From Prevotellaceae bacterium (GTDB lineage: Bacteria > Bacteroidota > Bacteroidia > Bacteroidales > Bacteroidaceae), in NCBI GenBank assembly GCA_028724165.1, contig JAQYDL010000033.1, positions 30,283-94,282 of the forward strand: DNA of 64,000 nucleotides, given 5' to 3'. Shown piece after piece: positions 40,156 through 49,418 of the stretch. The translations under genes and the position numbers were made by a program. Numbering within the stretch: the first letter of the stretch is position 1; every line of letters begins with the position of its first letter. Under the pieces are notes generated by a model. The model was not told the origin of the DNA. It ran no database searches and saw only the letters and a list, made by a program, of their open reading frames with translations.

Positions 40156-43100
40156 TTAGAAGCTGATCTTAATGTTGAAACCGTAGCTGCGTGTTGACGG
40201 GTTAGCTCCGTATTCACCAAACATTGCAGCCAAGTCGCCGCTAATAGATGAGTTTTCAGGATCAACGAATGTGTTGTCGCTCGGAGTCCACATAAGGAGG
40301 TTGCGACCGAAGAACGAAACGGAAGCACCGGTAAGGAATGTCTTGTCAATCCATTTCTTCGGGAGATTCCAAGTTACAGCCACATCACGAAGCTTTACAA
40401 AACCGCGACTCACGAGGTTTGAAGCATCGCAATCGTATTGGTCTGCCCAATAGCTCTGGATATAGTTGTAATCCAAAGCGGTTGTATTTTCTACGTATGA
40501 TACGCTACCGTCATCAGCAGTAACTTTGTTTACAGAGTTAGGCACGATGAACGGTTTACGATCGTTGTAAACGGTTTGCTTTGCAACACCGGTGAAGAAT
40601 GTAACACCTTTTGTACGTGTATACATCTTACCACCTACGCGAGCTTCCATGTTTGCTGTAAGACTAATGTCTTTCCAACGAAGTGTAGTACCCCAACCGA
40701 GAGTGTATTTGTGGTTCATGTCGCCGCAATATTCGTATTTGTCGCTCTTTACAGGAAGACCTGTATTTGCTGCCACTACTACGTGTCCTTCAGGGTCGCG
40801 CTCGAGTCTCTGATCTTTGTATACGCCGAGGGGTTTACCCTTAACTGCGTAGAGAGAAGTTCCACCGCTGAAACCGAAGATTCCGATTTCTGTACCAAGG
40901 TCTTTGGGAAGGCTTACAACCTTTGAACGGTTGAGAGTCCAGTTCATATTAAGATCCCACTGCCAATCGCGAGTTTTGATAGGAGTGCCTTGTACGAGAA
41001 GTTCCACACCCTTGTTGGTTATTTCACCGATGTTTACATAACGACGAGTAAAACCTGTACCCGGGTCAAGGTTCATGGGGATTGTCTGGTTGTTTGTGCT
41101 ACGGTTGTAGTAAGCAAAGTCAAATGACAAACGGTTACGGAAGAATGCCATGTTGAGACCAAATTCCCATTCTGTTGTCATTTCAGGTTTAAGTTTGTTA
41201 TTACCCATTATGTTTGAAAGGGTAAATGCGTTGAGACCTCCGAGAGGGAAATCAATTTCACCGAAACCGGAACCATCGGCTCCAGCCTGTGCATAGACGT
41301 TCTGGGTTGAATACCAATCTGCATCGTTACCGGTCTTACCCCAAGCCACACGAACTTTACCGAATGAGATAATGTCCTTAAGATCTTTGGGAATGAGTTC
41401 CGTGAAAATGAAACTGCCGGTGATACCCGGATAGAAATATGAACGTTCTGCCTTGGGAAGAGTCGAAGACCAGTCGTTACGTGCTGTAACGTTGAGGAAA
41501 ACCATATCTTTCCAAGAACCTTCCACTTGACCATAGAGACCTATGAGACGTGAATGAAAGAAATGATCTACTACCGCAGGAGTGCTACCGGAGTTTGCAG
41601 TGTTGAACCATGTAGGAATGTCAAGGCTGCTTACTTCCTGGGAAGCTATGGAAAGCTTACGCTCATGAGTGTTAAGACCGAGGATAGCGTTCAAGTTGAA
41701 ATCTTCATCTATAGGTTTAGAGAAGTTGAGCATAAAGTCTTGATCAATGAGACGCTCTTTGCGGTCCATAGTGTAAACCCAACCGGTCTGAGAACTGATG
41801 TCAGAGTTGTTGTCCCAGTTGGGAGTTCCTGCCCAAAGCACGCTCATGTTAGGAATACCGTTGCGTGTTTTATGGATTGTGTAGTCCATACCTACACGGT
41901 ATGTGAACTTCAAGAAGTCAAAGATATTGTAGTCAGCCTGGAATTTACCCCAAAGTTTGTCCATTTCCGCTTCGTCAAGATAGTTCTTGAGAATGTAATA
42001 AGGGTTGGTTGCATTGTAAGGAGTAAAGTAATAACCCGGAGTATTGAACGGATTACTGAGGTCTTTCTGCGCGGTAATACTAATGTCGCGGGGAACATTG
42101 TAAAGAGAGAAAATAGGATTAAGTTTCTGACCGGTTGAAACGAAGTTGTTCTTCTGGTAAGAATAGCTCAACGAAGACGAGAATGTGAGCTTGTTGTTCA
42201 CCTTATAGCTACCGTTCGAAGTGAATGTGTACTTATTATAAGCATCGGAACGTGTAGGATAGACACCATTATTGTTGATGTTCGAGAGCGAAACAAAGAA
42301 GTTGCTCTTATCGGTAGCACCGTCTAACGAAACGCTGTTGTTGAACATTACGCCGGTATCGAAGAAATCACGTACGTTGTTCTTGATTGCTTTATAGCTC
42401 TTCACACGCTGTGAGTTGTCATAAACATAGCCGTAAACTCTCTCAAGACCATCAAAACGAGGACCCCAAGAACCGTTTTCAATAGCTACATGCTCGCCGC
42501 TTGCGCCCTGACCGAAACGATTTTGCATCTCTACGAGACGGGCAACATTGGAGAACTGAATACCGCCATTATAAGTAATGCCTACGCCTTTGTCGCGTTT
42601 CTTACCTTTTTTGGTTGTAATCATTATCACACCGTTTGCTGCGCGTGAACCATAAAGTGCTGTAGCTGCCGCACCTTTAAGGACTGTCATATTTTCGACA
42701 TCGTCCGGGTTTATGGCGTTTGCGCCGCTACCGAAGTCGTAGTTGTGGTTCAACTCATCGGTACTCTGCATGGCTTCATTGCTCATAGGCACACCGTCAA
42801 TCACATACAACGGCTGGTTGGTCTTTGCAAGCGAAGAGAAACCACGGATGATCACACTGTTGGTTGATCCGGGATCACTGTTGTTTGAAATTGACACGCC
42901 GGCAACCTTTCCCTGCAAGCCCTGCATGATGTTGGCGTTGCGGGTTTCCACGAGGTCTTCCGTATTAACCGAAGTTGCCGAATAACCCAACGACTTTTCC
43001 GAACGTTTAATGCCAAGCGCGGTTACAACAACGCCGCCAAGCATTTTGTCGTTGGATTTGAGTGAAACATTCATCACGCTTTTTACCGGGAGCACCTGTG

Positions 43101-43341
43101 CTTCCATTCCTATGAACGAGAAACGAAGCTGTTTTGCAGATGCGGGAAGGTTTGAAAGCGTGAAGCGACCGTCTGCATCGGTATTCACACCGATTGTGGT
43201 TCCGGGAACGCTGACACTAACGCCAATCAACGGCTCGCCGTTGTCTGCGGAAGTTACGTGTCCGGTTACGGTCTTGACTTGAGCGTTTACGAGGAGGCAA
43301 GTGAAAGCTCCCAATAAAAGCATCATCAATTTTTTACCCAT
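40156..43341 (-). CDS. susC: SusC/RagA family TonB-dependent outer-membrane transporter
   Basis: Signal peptide, then a carboxypeptidase-regulatory-like domain (VTGHVTSADNGEPLIGVSVSV), a plug (GAAATALYGSRAANGVIMITTKKG), and a C-terminal aromatic residue (F). There is no N-terminal STN signalling domain. Confidence 0.96.
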   Translation of the reverse strand: MGKKLMMLLLGAFTCLLVNAQVKTVTGHVTSADNGEPLIGVSVSVPGTTIGVNTDADGRFTLSNLPASAKQLRFSFIGMEAQVLPVKSVMNVSLKSNDKMLGGVVVTALGIKRSEKSLGYSATSVNTEDLVETRNANIMQGLQGKVAGVSISNNSDPGSTNSVIIRGFSSLAKTNQPLYVIDGVPMSNEAMQSTDELNHNYDFGSGANAINPDDVENMTVLKGAAATALYGSRAANGVIMITTKKGKKRDKGVGITYNGGIQFSNVARLVEMQNRFGQGASGEHVAIENGSWGPRFDGLERVYGYVYDNSQRVKSYKAIKNNVRDFFDTGVMFNNSVSLDGATDKSNFFVSLSNINNNGVYPTRSDAYNKYTFTSNGSYKVNNKLTFSSSLSYSYQKNNFVSTGQKLNPIFSLYNVPRDISITAQKDLSNPFNTPGYYFTPYNATNPYYILKNYLDEAEMDKLWGKFQADYNIFDFLKFTYRVGMDYTIHKTRNGIPNMSVLWAGTPNWDNNSDISSQTGWVYTMDRKERLIDQDFMLNFSKPIDEDFNLNAILGLNTHERKLSIASQEVSSLDIPTWFNTANSGSTPAVVDHFFHSRLIGLYGQVEGSWKDMVFLNVTARNDWSSTLPKAERSYFYPGITGSFIFTELIPKDLKDIISFGKVRVAWGKTGNDADWYSTQNVYAQAGADGSGFGEIDFPLGGLNAFTLSNIMGNNKLKPEMTTEWEFGLNMAFFRNRLSFDFAYYNRSTNNQTIPMNLDPGTGFTRRYVNIGEITNKGVELLVQGTPIKTRDWQWDLNMNWTLNRSKVVSLPKDLGTEIGIFGFSGGTSLYAVKGKPLGVYKDQRLERDPEGHVVVAANTGLPVKSDKYEYCGDMNHKYTLGWGTTLRWKDISLTANMEARVGGKMYTRTKGVTFFTGVAKQTVYNDRKPFIVPNSVNKVTADDGSVSYVENTTALDYNYIQSYWADQYDCDASNLVSRGFVKLRDVAVTWNLPKKWIDKTFLTGASVSFFGRNLLMWTPSDNTFVDPENSSISGDLAAMFGEYGANPSTRSYGFNIKISF

Positions 43342-43516
43342 AATCTTACTTTTTAGATTAAACTTAGTTATTTGTATTGTTTATTATATGTATAATCTCT
43401 TATGATTGCGATAACGTTTTTTACAGTCTGTTCACGACTTACGGTCGCACATATACATTATTATATATAAACTGCCGTCAATTTCAACTTTACCTTGGCT
43501 ACTTCATACATTTTTG

Positions 43517-43524
43517 CAAAAGTA
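43517..43524 (-). promoter_or_regulatory. -7 box TActTTTG for the susC operon
   Basis: The rc of caaaagta is TACTTTTG, about 176 nt upstream of the susC ATG. Confidence 0.45.
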
Positions 43525-43989
43525 GAAAATTCTTTTAACTGCAAAAAGATTCCTTTATGTTATTTTTACAGGGTGTAAACAGGTACTTTTCTTCGTTTTT
43601 TAACAAAACGGCAATGCTTTATGCCGTTTTTCCCAATTATTTCCATTTCGTTTCGAATTTCAAACTAAAATCGGGATGTAAAAAAAGACAAAACGACAAA
43701 ATGTTAAAATTTCGCCGACATTTTCTCCGTGCAGAATTTTTTATTTGCAACTTTTTATTTTGTCAGATTTACTTTACATTTCTTTTATTCTTGTTAACCA
43801 AACGTTCTAACCGCTTGCGTGTGCTTTGACCCGTGTTTCCGCCGGCATTTCCGGGCATAAAACAGCGCGACACTCCCATCCCGCCCATCACATCCGGCAC
43901 ACCGCCGCCGGAGACTCGCATAACGGTTTGAAAACACGGCTTAAAAACGGCAAAAAACACCTCAAAAACGTCGTTTTACAAGTTGCTGT

Positions 43990-44110
43990 TTTTCAGATGT
44001 TTGAAAACGTCAAAAATACAAGGCATATATTTTAAAATACAAGGCACTTATTTTAAAATATGTGCCTTATGTTTTTTACGATAAGCCATGTGTGTTTTTT
44101 GCACAATACA
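43990..44110 (+). repeat. Composite palindromic intergenic element, copy 10
   Basis: Arm aagttgctgtttttcagatgtttgaaaacgtc, then aaaaatacaaggcatatatttt / aaaatacaaggcacttatttt / aaaatatgtgccttatgtttttt / acgataagccatgtgtgtttttt. Confidence 0.9.
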
Positions 44111-44161
44111 TATCGTTGTGAAAAAACTCCCGATCTCGGAAAAAATCCGCCCATTGAGTGC

Positions 44162-44201
44162 AAAAAACAACCCGCACATTTCGGTTAAGAAGCGTGCGGG
44201 T
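44162..44201 (-). terminator. arg operon terminator
   Basis: The minus strand reads acccgcac-gcttcttaaccgaaat-gtgcgggt followed by tgtttttt. Confidence 0.7.
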
Positions 44202-44247
44202 CGCAAACGTAATAATTCTGTGTAGTTATAAATGGATTTGCTATGGT

Positions 44248-45378
44248 CTAAAACTTGACAAGAGCATTTTTAAGACGTTCCACGAAATCGTCGGCCTGCC
44301 CTGTGGTGAGGCAGAGAGGCGGCAACAGACGCAGGATGTTTGTTCCCGCTCCGCCGGTAAACACGCGCTGCTCGAAAATAAGGTTCTTTCGCAATTCCTT
44401 AACGGGTTTGTCGAATTCAAGACCTATCATCAGTCCGCGTCCGCGTATATCTTTTATTTCCTCTATCTCCCTGCAGCGGTCCATGATATGCTCTCCAACC
44501 TCTGCAGCATTGCTCACGAGTTTTTCGTTCTCTATTACGTCGAGCACGGCAAGCGCGGCAACACATGCCAAATGGTTTCCGCCGAACGTTGTGCCGAGCA
44601 TTCCGTAAACAGGTTTGAATTTCGGTGAAATCAGAAGCCCTCCCATGGGAAATCCGCAGGCTATGCCTTTGGCAACGGTTATAAGGTCGGGCTTGACATC
44701 GAGATACTGGTGGGCAAAGAACTTTCCGCTTCGTCCGTAGCCGCATTGCACTTCGTCGCAAACAAGCACCGTGTTGTGCTCGTCGCATGCCTTGCGCACC
44801 GCCTGCATAAATTCTTTGTTTGCCAAATGTATTCCGCCCACACCTTGTATGCACTCCACAATCACGGCACAGACATCGCCTTTGGCTATCTCGCTTACAA
44901 ATGCCTCGGTGTCGTTGAGTGGAAGGAAGGTAACATGACTGTTTTTGTTGATGGGCGCATTGATTTTGGGGTTATCGGTAGCTTCCACCGCAAGCGATGT
45001 ACGTCCGTGAAAAGCTCCCGCAGAAGCAATCACTCTTGTGCGTCCGTTGTAAAACGAAGCAAGCTTTAGCGCGTTTTCGTTGGCTTCCGCTCCCGAGTTG
45101 ATAAGAAACAGCGAATAGTCTTCGTAGCCCGAGGCTTTGCCCAAGCGTTCCGCAAACTCGGTTTGCAAATGGTTTTGCACCGAATTGGAATAAAATCCGA
45201 GACGATTGAGCTGACGACTCACACATTCTATATAATGAGGATGGCAGTGTCCGATACTTATCACGGCATGTCCGCCGTAAAGGTCAAGATACTTGTTGTC
45301 GTCGGCATCCCAAACGTTGCATCCGCGTCCGCGAACTATTTCTACATCATATAATGGAAAAACGTCAAATGGTTTCAT
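44248..45378 (-). CDS. argD: Acetyl/succinyl-ornithine aminotransferase (class III PLP aminotransferase)
   Basis: Motifs are NSGAEANENALKLA, DEVQCGYGRSGKFFA and TVAKG (PLP Lys). It lies in the arg operon. Confidence 0.92.
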   Translation of the reverse strand: MKPFDVFPLYDVEIVRGRGCNVWDADDNKYLDLYGGHAVISIGHCHPHYIECVSRQLNRLGFYSNSVQNHLQTEFAERLGKASGYEDYSLFLINSGAEANENALKLASFYNGRTRVIASAGAFHGRTSLAVEATDNPKINAPINKNSHVTFLPLNDTEAFVSEIAKGDVCAVIVECIQGVGGIHLANKEFMQAVRKACDEHNTVLVCDEVQCGYGRSGKFFAHQYLDVKPDLITVAKGIACGFPMGGLLISPKFKPVYGMLGTTFGGNHLACVAALAVLDVIENEKLVSNAAEVGEHIMDRCREIEEIKDIRGRGLMIGLEFDKPVKELRKNLIFEQRVFTGGAGTNILRLLPPLCLTTGQADDFVERLKNALVKF

Positions 45379-45393
45379 TGTTGAATTTGTTTT

Positions 45394-46359
45394 TTAGAAA
45401 GCCGCAGCCTTCAGTTTAAGTCCCGCATCCTCGGCAATGCCGAACATGATGTTCATATTCTCCACTGCCTGACCCGCAGCACCCTTCAAAAGATTGTCGA
45501 TGACCGACGTAACGAGCAGACGGTCGCCATATTTTTGAGCATGAACAAGTGCGCGGTTGGTGTTGACCACTTGTTTCAAGTCAATGTCGCGAGACACGTA
45601 GTGGGTGAACGGTTCTCCTGCATACATCGAGTAACATTTGTCGATTTCTTCCTGCGACAATCCGGTGCGCATGAAGACAGTGGTGAAAATGCCGCGCGCA
45701 AAGTCGCCGCGATAAGGCACAAAATCCAAATCTCCTCCGAAATCGGGTTGAAATTCTCTGATGCTTTGGTTTATTTCAAGCAAATGCTGATGAGTGAACA
45801 CCTTGTAAACGCTCATGTTTCCGTTGCGCCAGCTGAAATGTGTGGTGGGCTGCGGTTTTACTCCCGCACCGGTGCTGCCTGTTATGGCATTGATCACAAC
45901 ATCTCCCTTCAAGACTCCCGCCTTAGCCAGCGGCAGCAGCGCGAGTTGTATGCAGGTGGCAAAACATCCCGGATTGGCTACGTGTTGTGCCTTGGCTATG
46001 AGAGAGCGATGGGTTTCGGGCAAACCGTAAACGTAATCGTTTCCCGGAGCTGCTATTCTGAAATCCTGAGCAAAGTCTATGATTTTTACGTTCGCGGGCA
46101 CGGGATTGTTTTTAAGGAATTCCTCACTCTTGCCATGCCCCAGGCAGATAAACAAAACGTCAATCTTTTCAAACGGAAGCTCGTCGGTGAATCGCAAATC
46201 GGTATCTCCGAGCAAACCTTCATGGACATCCGAGAAAAGATTTCCCGCATTGCTCCCCGAATTGGCGAAAACAATCTCCGCCTGCGGGTGATTGAGCAAA
46301 ACTCTTATAAGTTCGCCCGCCGCATAACCCGCCGCGCCTACAATTCCTACCTTTATCAT
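45394..46359 (-). CDS. argC: N-acyl-gamma-glutamyl-phosphate reductase
   Basis: The start is at MIKVGIVGAAGYAAGEL. The active-site motif is NPGCFATC. An alternative start at 46380 would overlap argG. Confidence 0.93.
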   Translation of the reverse strand: MIKVGIVGAAGYAAGELIRVLLNHPQAEIVFANSGSNAGNLFSDVHEGLLGDTDLRFTDELPFEKIDVLFICLGHGKSEEFLKNNPVPANVKIIDFAQDFRIAAPGNDYVYGLPETHRSLIAKAQHVANPGCFATCIQLALLPLAKAGVLKGDVVINAITGSTGAGVKPQPTTHFSWRNGNMSVYKVFTHQHLLEINQSIREFQPDFGGDLDFVPYRGDFARGIFTTVFMRTGLSQEEIDKCYSMYAGEPFTHYVSRDIDLKQVVNTNRALVHAQKYGDRLLVTSVIDNLLKGAAGQAVENMNIMFGIAEDAGLKLKAAAF

Positions 46360-46366
46360 ACGCTGA

Positions 46367-47572
46367 TTACCGACGTTCATCCTTATGTTTGGAATAATAT
46401 ATGCGCAAAGGCGTGGATGTTACCTTTATGAAGCCTTTTGCCTCTTCGGAAGTCCAACCTTTTTGAGTTTCTCCGTACTCTCCGAACGGATTCTTTACCA
46501 AATCGTCTTTGGAATCCACCCCTACGGTTTCGAAAGAATAGGGACGAAGCTTAAGAGTTACCACACCGTTCACATTACGCTGCGAAGAAGTGAGCATAGC
46601 TTCTATATCGGTCATCACAGGTTCCATGTACTGGCTCTCATGCAGGAACATGCCGTACCAATTCGACACCTGGTCTTTCCAATACTGCTGCCATTTCGAA
46701 AGAGTGTACTTTTCGAGGAAACGGTGTGCCCCGATTATCAGCATAGGTGCGGCAGCTTCAAAACCAACACGCCCTTTGAGTCCCACGATAGTGTCGCCCA
46801 CATGACAATCACGCCCTATGGCATAAGCAGCACCTATCTTTTCTATTTCCTGAATGGCTTTGATTTTATCGTCATACTCTTTACCGTCCACGCTTGCTAT
46901 TTCGCCGTTCTTGAAACCTATTTTCAATTCTCTTTCTCCCTCGGCGGTGGCATGTTTTAGGTAAGCCGATTCGGGAAGTCCCTGATTGCTGTCGAGAATT
47001 TCGCCTCCGCAAATCGAAGTTCCCCATATACCCACGTTGTAGGAGTATTTTAGTTTTGCGAAATCGGCTTTGAAACCGTGGTCGTTGAGATAATCTATTT
47101 CTTCTTTGCGCGTAAGCACGCGATCACGAGTGAGGGTGATGATTTCCTTACCCGGAGCCATCACGAGAAAAGTCATGTCGAAACGAATCTGGTCGTTGCC
47201 GGCACCCGTGGAACCGTGAGCTATAGCGTCTGCTCCCACTTCGTTGGCGTAACGTGCTATTGCTATTGCCTGGAAAATCCTTTCGCTCGAAACCGATATG
47301 GGATAGCAATTATTGCGAAGCACATTGCCGAAAACCATATACTTCAAACTTTTTTCGTAATACTCCTGCGTTACATCGAGAGTTACATATTTTGTTGCGC
47401 CGAGCTTATATGCGTTTTTTTCATTGGCTTCCAGCTGCTCCTTACTGAAGCCGCCGGTGTTGGCACAAGCCGCATAAACTTCGTAACCCAGTTCGTGCGA
47501 AAGATACATCACCGTGTATGAAGTGTCAAGCCCGCCACTGTAGGCAACAACCACTTTCTTTTTCTTTTCCAT
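46367..47572 (-). CDS. argG: Argininosuccinate synthase
   Basis: The start is at MEKKKKVVVAYSGGLDTS (PP-loop). The ORF-track extension to 47731 is an Arg/Cys-rich artefact. Confidence 0.95.
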   Translation of the reverse strand: MEKKKKVVVAYSGGLDTSYTVMYLSHELGYEVYAACANTGGFSKEQLEANEKNAYKLGATKYVTLDVTQEYYEKSLKYMVFGNVLRNNCYPISVSSERIFQAIAIARYANEVGADAIAHGSTGAGNDQIRFDMTFLVMAPGKEIITLTRDRVLTRKEEIDYLNDHGFKADFAKLKYSYNVGIWGTSICGGEILDSNQGLPESAYLKHATAEGERELKIGFKNGEIASVDGKEYDDKIKAIQEIEKIGAAYAIGRDCHVGDTIVGLKGRVGFEAAAPMLIIGAHRFLEKYTLSKWQQYWKDQVSNWYGMFLHESQYMEPVMTDIEAMLTSSQRNVNGVVTLKLRPYSFETVGVDSKDDLVKNPFGEYGETQKGWTSEEAKGFIKVTSTPLRIYYSKHKDERR

Positions 47573-47610
47573 TGCTTTATATGATGTTTTTATTATTGCG
47601 TTGTTAGTTT

Positions 47611-48249
47611 TTATCTCAATCCTTTTGCAGCAGCATCCTTTGCCATTTTCACCACATCGGGCGGAAGTTGCACGGGAAGCGGTTCTCCTTCGTGGTCGGC
47701 GGGATCGTAGAGCATTCCGGTACACACACAATATTTCCTGCCTGTGCGCGCAAGAATATCACAATTGATGCAGCAGGGATGATCGGGCGTTCCGCAGCCC
47801 TTCCAATACTCGTCGTCCTGCGTAAGATCGCAAAGCGGCACGGGAACATAGCCGAGTTTCGTATTTATCTTCATCACCGCGCCCTGACTTGTCAATCCGA
47901 AAAGCTTTGCATGAGGCCAGCGCAGACGGCTGAGCGTGAAGGCAGTTTCCTTGATGCGTGTGGCAAGGTGATGCTGCCTGAATTTCGGAACTACAATGAG
48001 TCCGGAATTTGCCACATAGTGTTTGTCTTCCCAGCTTTCTATATAGCAAAAACCGGCAAACTCTTCTCCGTGGAGAGCTATTATGGCTTTTCGTTCGCGC
48101 ATCTTTTGCGCCACGTATTCATGGGTTCTTGAAGCTATTCCCGAGCCGCGCACTTTTGCTGCATCGGCTATTGTCTTCAATATGGTGTCCACATACTTTT
48201 CATGAGACGCATCGGCAACCAACACGTCTATACCATCATTGTAAGTCAT
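47611..48249 (-). CDS. GNAT-family N-acyltransferase with a Cys-rich C-terminal extension (candidate N-acyl-glutamate synthase)
   Basis: The GNAT core is VVPKFRQHHLATRIKE. The C-terminal CGTPDHPCCINCDILARTGRKYCVCTG holds 7 Cys in about 25 aa. It sits between argR and argG. Confidence 0.75.
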   Translation of the reverse strand: MTYNDGIDVLVADASHEKYVDTILKTIADAAKVRGSGIASRTHEYVAQKMRERKAIIALHGEEFAGFCYIESWEDKHYVANSGLIVVPKFRQHHLATRIKETAFTLSRLRWPHAKLFGLTSQGAVMKINTKLGYVPVPLCDLTQDDEYWKGCGTPDHPCCINCDILARTGRKYCVCTGMLYDPADHEGEPLPVQLPPDVVKMAKDAAAKGLR

Positions 48250-48300
48250 TTCCTGTTCGTAATGTATAAAAAACTACTATCCGTTCCTTTCACCCGTTTC

Positions 48301-48786
48301 TCAAAGATTCGCCACTATCTGCGGGAGAATCTCTTTGAGATCGGCAGCCATTTCTTCGCAGGAACTTCCTTTTTTTCCTATCACCATCACGGTGTCATCG
48401 CCTGCAAGCGTAGCGGCAATATGGGGGAAATGTTTGTTGTCTATGGTTCCCGCCAAAGCAGCAGCAAAGCCGGGAATGGTATGCAGGATTATTGTCTTTC
48501 CGCCCTCCTCGTTGTTGAGCAGACATTCCTCGAGCGAAACATTGTTTCCCGTACTCTTGCGCATGGCATGGGTATAGTTGGGATTGTTAGGCAATATATA
48601 TCTCACCTGTCCGAACTGGGTGGTAATACGTATGGCACGCAGATGTTGCAAGTCGCGCGAAAGCGTTGCCTGAGTGGAACCGTGTCCCACGGCTTTCAGT
48701 TCTTCGAGCAGTTCTTCCTGACTGCTGATGTTTTTGTCGTTCAAGATTTTACGAATGAACCCCAAACGAACTTCTTTTTCTTTCAT
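48301..48786 (-). CDS. argR: Arginine repressor
   Basis: The wHTH is SSQEELLEELKAVGHGSTQATLSRDL. The C-terminal oligomerisation and Arg-binding motif is TLAGDDTVMVI. Confidence 0.93.
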   Translation of the reverse strand: MKEKEVRLGFIRKILNDKNISSQEELLEELKAVGHGSTQATLSRDLQHLRAIRITTQFGQVRYILPNNPNYTHAMRKSTGNNVSLEECLLNNEEGGKTIILHTIPGFAAALAGTIDNKHFPHIAATLAGDDTVMVIGKKGSSCEEMAADLKEILPQIVANL

Positions 48787-48811
48787 TCTTTCTGTTTGAT
48801 TTTTCGAATTG

Positions 48812-48819
48812 CAAAAGTA
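48812..48819 (-). promoter_or_regulatory. -7 box TActTTTG for the argR operon
   Basis: The rc of caaaagta is TACTTTTG, 26 nt upstream of the argR ATG. Confidence 0.5.
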
Positions 48820-48879
48820 CTGCGTTTTTTCATAGTGAACAAATTTTTATACAAAAATCTTTGCATAAAAACATTTTCT

Positions 48880-49056
48880 ATTCATCCTTTATTCAAAAAG
48901 ATTCAAATTCCACATTTTCAAAATTTCCACTCAACTCTACATTTATTTTTCTGATAATCAGATGACATATAGCCACAAAAAGATTACCACACGCCACAAA
49001 TCCAACACGGAAATCAAATGAATTGTTTTTGAATATACACAATTTTTCTTGCAATA
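48880..49056. promoter_or_regulatory. Candidate ARG-box-like TGAAT/ATTCA half-sites upstream of argR
   Basis: ATTCA occurs at 48880, 48891 and 48901 (10-11 nt spacing). TGAAT occurs at 49014 and 49026, and ATTCA at 49052. The E. coli-type ARG box core is TGAAT-N4-ATTCA. No full 18-bp box was verified. Confidence 0.3.
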
Positions 49057-49147
49057 TTCACATTTTTCAAATTCCGAGGCACGGCAGCTAAAAAACAGAC
49101 GCAAAAACACCACATTTCAAGGCAAATTTCCGACCCTTTCCCGCACA

Positions 49148-49238
49148 TTGTTTTTCAAGCACTTAACACGCTCAAAAATACAAGGCACTTATTTTAAAAC
49201 ATAAGGCACATATTTTAAAATAAGTGCCTTGTATTTTT
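49148..49238 (+). repeat. Composite palindromic intergenic element, copy 11 (no fourth unit)
   Basis: Arm ttgtttttcaagcacttaacacgctc, then aaaaatacaaggcacttatttt / aaaacataaggcacatatttt / aaaataagtgccttgtattttt. Confidence 0.88.
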
Positions 49239-49382
49239 CATTACATGCGGAAAGCTTCCGAAACATTCCGCAAACAACTTCGTTATAGCGTCATGTATGA
49301 GTCCCAAAACGGGAAAGCATGTTTTTTGTCCCGATTTAATATAAAACAACTTTTCAAATTTTCGGGAAAGGAATAATATAAT

Positions 49383-49390
49383 TACTTTTG
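49383..49390 (+). promoter_or_regulatory. -7 box TActTTTG upstream of the lipoprotein/uppS/bamA cluster
   Basis: TACTTTTG lies 29 nt upstream of the ATG at 49419. Confidence 0.5.
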
Positions 49391-49418
49391 CCGATAAAAT
49401 ATATATTGCAAATATTAT

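Noticed and set aside
43557-43829. A 90-aa ORF and neighbouring small ORFs in the susC upstream region.
   Set aside because: This is an AT-rich promoter and leader region. The translation is Phe/Leu/Lys-rich with no start context, and no regulator-like motif is present.
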